Part shown: one piece after another, positions 60,938-64,000 of the stretch
How positions within the stretch are numbered: position 1 is the stretch's first letter
Layout: each line of letters opens with the position of its first letter
Source of the DNA: Amphiscolops sp. MND2022
Lineage: Eukaryota
NCBI GenBank assembly: GCA_964187785.1
Contig: OZ076409.1
Span: 25,732,001 to 25,796,000 of the forward strand
Direction: 5' to 3'
DNA: 64,000 nt
Position numbers and translations under genes: made by a program
The notes under the pieces: generated by a model
The model's database searches: none
Seen by the model: only the letters and a program-made list of their open reading frames with translations
What the model was told of the DNA's origin: nothing

Positions 60938-63609
60938 TTATTTTCCGTCCATAATTCATATGGAAAAGGAAAATATTTAAATCAAACGGTTTTTTTTACA
61001 AAATTTGCCAAGAATTTATTTATATCAAAGCTGAAGGGTTTCACCCATAATATTCAGCTGATGTAAAATTAGCATCATGCGGTATGTATTTGTGGAGATT
61101 TTTGGACTTTTTTGGTTGACCCCGAAGACCCCAGAATGACCCAAAAATGACCCGAAAATATTGAAAACTGCAAAATTTTCCGATTTTTACTGTTTTTATG
61201 CCATTTTTGTCAAATTTTTGATACACTTGCTAGCTTAGAAAGTTAAAAACATTCAACAAGGAAACATTTTGTTGTCCAAGAGGCGTCGACGAAATTATAA
61301 ATGCAATTTGATTAGTAAAAATGCCTCAAATCCAGACCGAAAAGGACAAAAATCCCAGAAACTTTAGATTTTTTGAAATTTCATGCAATTTTTGTCTATT
61401 TTTCGAAAGACTTGGTGGCTTAGAATGTCAAAGACGTTCAAAAGGAAAAAATTCGTTGCCCGAGAGGCTTCTTTGAAGATATAAAAGCAATTTCTGCTAG
61501 AAAAAATGCATCAAATTCAGACCGAAAATGACAAAAACACTTGGAAATTCAGATTTTTGAAAATTTTATGCAAATTTTGTCTTTTTTTCGAAAGACTTGG
61601 TAGCCTAGAATGTCAAAGACGTTCAACAAGGAGAACATCGTTGTCCGGGAGTCTGGGAGTCTTCTTTGGAGAGGTAAAAGCAATTTGTGCTGGAAAAATG
61701 CATCAAATTGACACCAAAATTGACAGAAAAAAACTAAAAAGTTCAAATTTTTGAAAATTTCATTCAATTTTTGTGTGTTTTTCTAAAAACTCTGTGGCTT
61801 AAAATCCCACAGACGTTCAACAAGGAAGGAAACAATTCGTTGTCCGGGGGGCTTTTTTGAAGAAATAAAAGCAATTTGTTCTGGAAAAATGCATCAAATT
61901 CAGACCGATATTGACAAAAAAACCAAAAAATTCAGGTTTTTCAGAATTTCATGCAGTTTTTGTGTACTTTTCGAAAAACTTGGTGGCTTAGAATATTAAA
62001 GACGTTCAACAAGGAACAAATTCGTTGTCAGAGAGGTTTTTGTGAAGAAGTAGACAAAGTTTTCTACTGAAAAAAAACGCACAATTTGCGACCAAAAATG
62101 ACGAAAAATTCAAAATGTACCAATTTTTCACCTTTTTCTGCAACTTTTGTAAAATTTCTAGAGATTTCGTGGATCAAAACGTTGAATACGATCAACAGCG
62201 AATGATTTTTTTGTCCAATAGGGTCGTTTGCGGAGATAAATGCATTTTTGTAAAAAAAATTGCAACAAGGACCACGAAACAGTCAACACATCCTACTTTT
62301 TTACATTTTTGTATTCTCCAACGCAACTTTTGTAAAAACTTCAACCTTTTCATGGATCAAAACTCTGAAACGGTTCAAAAACAACTGAAGGTGTTCTCCT
62401 GTAGGCTTTTTGATGGGATATGTGCCAGTTTCTGATAAAAAATTAAGCTTCAATTTGACACAAAAATTGTCGAAAAGACCTAAAAAGTCCAGTTTATGTA
62501 CGTTGTTCATGTTATTTGAGTATCATTTTTGAGAATATTGGTAAGTTAGATGATTCAAAACATTCCGAGGTGATCGAATTAGGTTTGTAGTTTCCTTTCT
62601 GATGAGAAAATTACAGTGTTTTACATCAGAAATTTTTTAAGTTTGTCGTTTTTCCTGCAGTTTGTGCTCAATTTTTGAAAGTTTCTGTGATCAAGAAAGT
62701 TCAAAACACTCAAAAACAATGAAACTAGCTACGCAGTATGCTATTTTGAAGAGAGTTGCAGTATTTAGCTTCGAAAGTACTTCAAGAGTGGCCCTGATTA
62801 GTCCGATATAAAAAGTCTGAATTCAACGTTTCTTATACAAAGTTCCGAATTTTTTTGAAAAGTTACCATGTTGGAAGAAGAAAAATCCTCAAAAGCGAAT
62901 GAATGCGTTGTTCAGTAGGTTTTTTGCAAGTGAATTGCAGTTTCACGTTAGAAAGGAGCCTCAAAATGACCCCAAAACAGTCGAAAAAAGTTTTGCCAGT
63001 TGTTTGACAAATTAGTGAATTTCTATTGAAAGTTACCAAACTTTCGTAATATTCTAAAAATCTAATTTCTTTGAGTAGGCATGCAGAATGTCCAAAAAAG
63101 AAATCTACAATTGTGTATGCAAAAAGTTCGTCACAATGACTTGAACTTTAGCGAAAATCCGTTTTTTTGTTTTTGAAATGTTGATATACTTTTATGTAAA
63201 CGTTTCGAGCAATTTTGTAATTCAAGAATGGTGGACCCGTTATCCAAAACGCGTTTTTGAAAAGACATCTACAGTTTCTTATAAAAGTTCCTCAAATGAC
63301 CGCAAAGTTGTCGAAAAGCAAATTTCCACAATTTTTGACATTTTTGGCAACTTCACGCAAATTTAAAGAAAATTTGATTGGTTAGGTTACACACAATCTG
63401 ACGAAAAAACAAATAGGTGTTTGGTGTCTTAAAGTGTTTCCTTCTGAAATGGCATAACATTATTCAAAAAGTGTCAAACCTTTTTCCATCAAACCTCTAA
63501 GCGTTTTCATAGTGTAATGGCTACTCTTGAGTCTCGAAAATATGAGTCTCAAAAACCTACACAAACAGTTTGCACGGAAAATATCCTGCTGGTCAGCGGG
63601 CGTCTTGTT
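60938..63609 (+). mobile_element. HINE-like element, family H2, with internal ~185-bp tandem array (copy 2)
   Basis: TATTTTCCG ... CGGAAAATA subterminal inverted repeats, terminal hairpin CCTGCTG/CAGCGGG, then CTTGTT. Confidence 0.65.
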
Positions 63610-63858
63610 ATACACTAGAAAGCTTTACATATCTCGCATTTGTAATTCTTTTACGCTATTTGTATATTTTATAAAGGATTTTCCCAAAGTTTCATACTTT
63701 TTTAAATGTGAAAACACTAATTAGAACTAGATCTCCAGATGGAAAATTTTTTTGTACAATTGTTTTTTGTTTACTTATTTTTATCTTCCATTTGTGAAAT
63801 CCTTTTGTAGAATTCATGAACCCTAGATAAATCAGGTTACTTGCAGATGATAATTAAC

Positions 63859-64000
63859 CTGAAGAGGTCTTTCATGAGGTCACTGATGATTATCCCCCAA
63901 GGGCCAAACATGTGGTGGAAGGTCAAGAACTCGAGTATTTGCACGAAGCAGCACAAGAGTACACATCCCAGGATCTGGTTGCGGATGTAGATCATGTTGT
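63859..64000 (-). CDS. nompC: TRPN/NompC exon (partial, runs off the window): S4 and S4-S5 linker
   Basis: IYIRNQILGCVLLCCFVQILEFLTFHHMFGPWGIIISDLMKDLF matches the NompC FHHLFGPWAIII motif; gttaat donor, phase 2. Not in the supplied ORF track. Confidence 0.9.

Overview
AT-rich, repeat-dense animal genomic DNA with spliceosomal introns; it is not prokaryotic. (1) 9424-26035: a minus-strand LTR element (A) with 1.92-kb LTRs, PBS, PPT and a Ty3/Gypsy-type gag with a CCHC knuckle. A -1 frameshift signal leads into a long ORF that is not pol, and a divergent pair of ~97-aa orphan ORFs follows. No PR/RT/RH/IN is recognisable. (2) A near-intact plus-strand BEL/Pao retrotransposon (B, 15393-23993) is nested in codon 13 of A's gag. 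The LTRs of A and B share a colinear U3 module although they belong to different families. (3) A decayed Gypsy element (30363-34217, AAAAC TSD) has its 3' end caught in a 3.29-kb tandem triplication bounded by a 10-bp microhomology (33600-43487). (4) An internally deleted FLYWCH-MULE transposon lies between two copies of a 430-bp repeat (45073-47994). (5) The last five coding exons of a minus-strand TRPN/NompC channel gene (51915 to >64000) have introns holding a perfect 107-bp palindrome, a truncated LINE and two Helentron-like elements with ~185-bp arrays. Smaller MITE/HINE and Gypsy relics are also present. Coordinates and mismatch counts were read by eye; no database searches were run.
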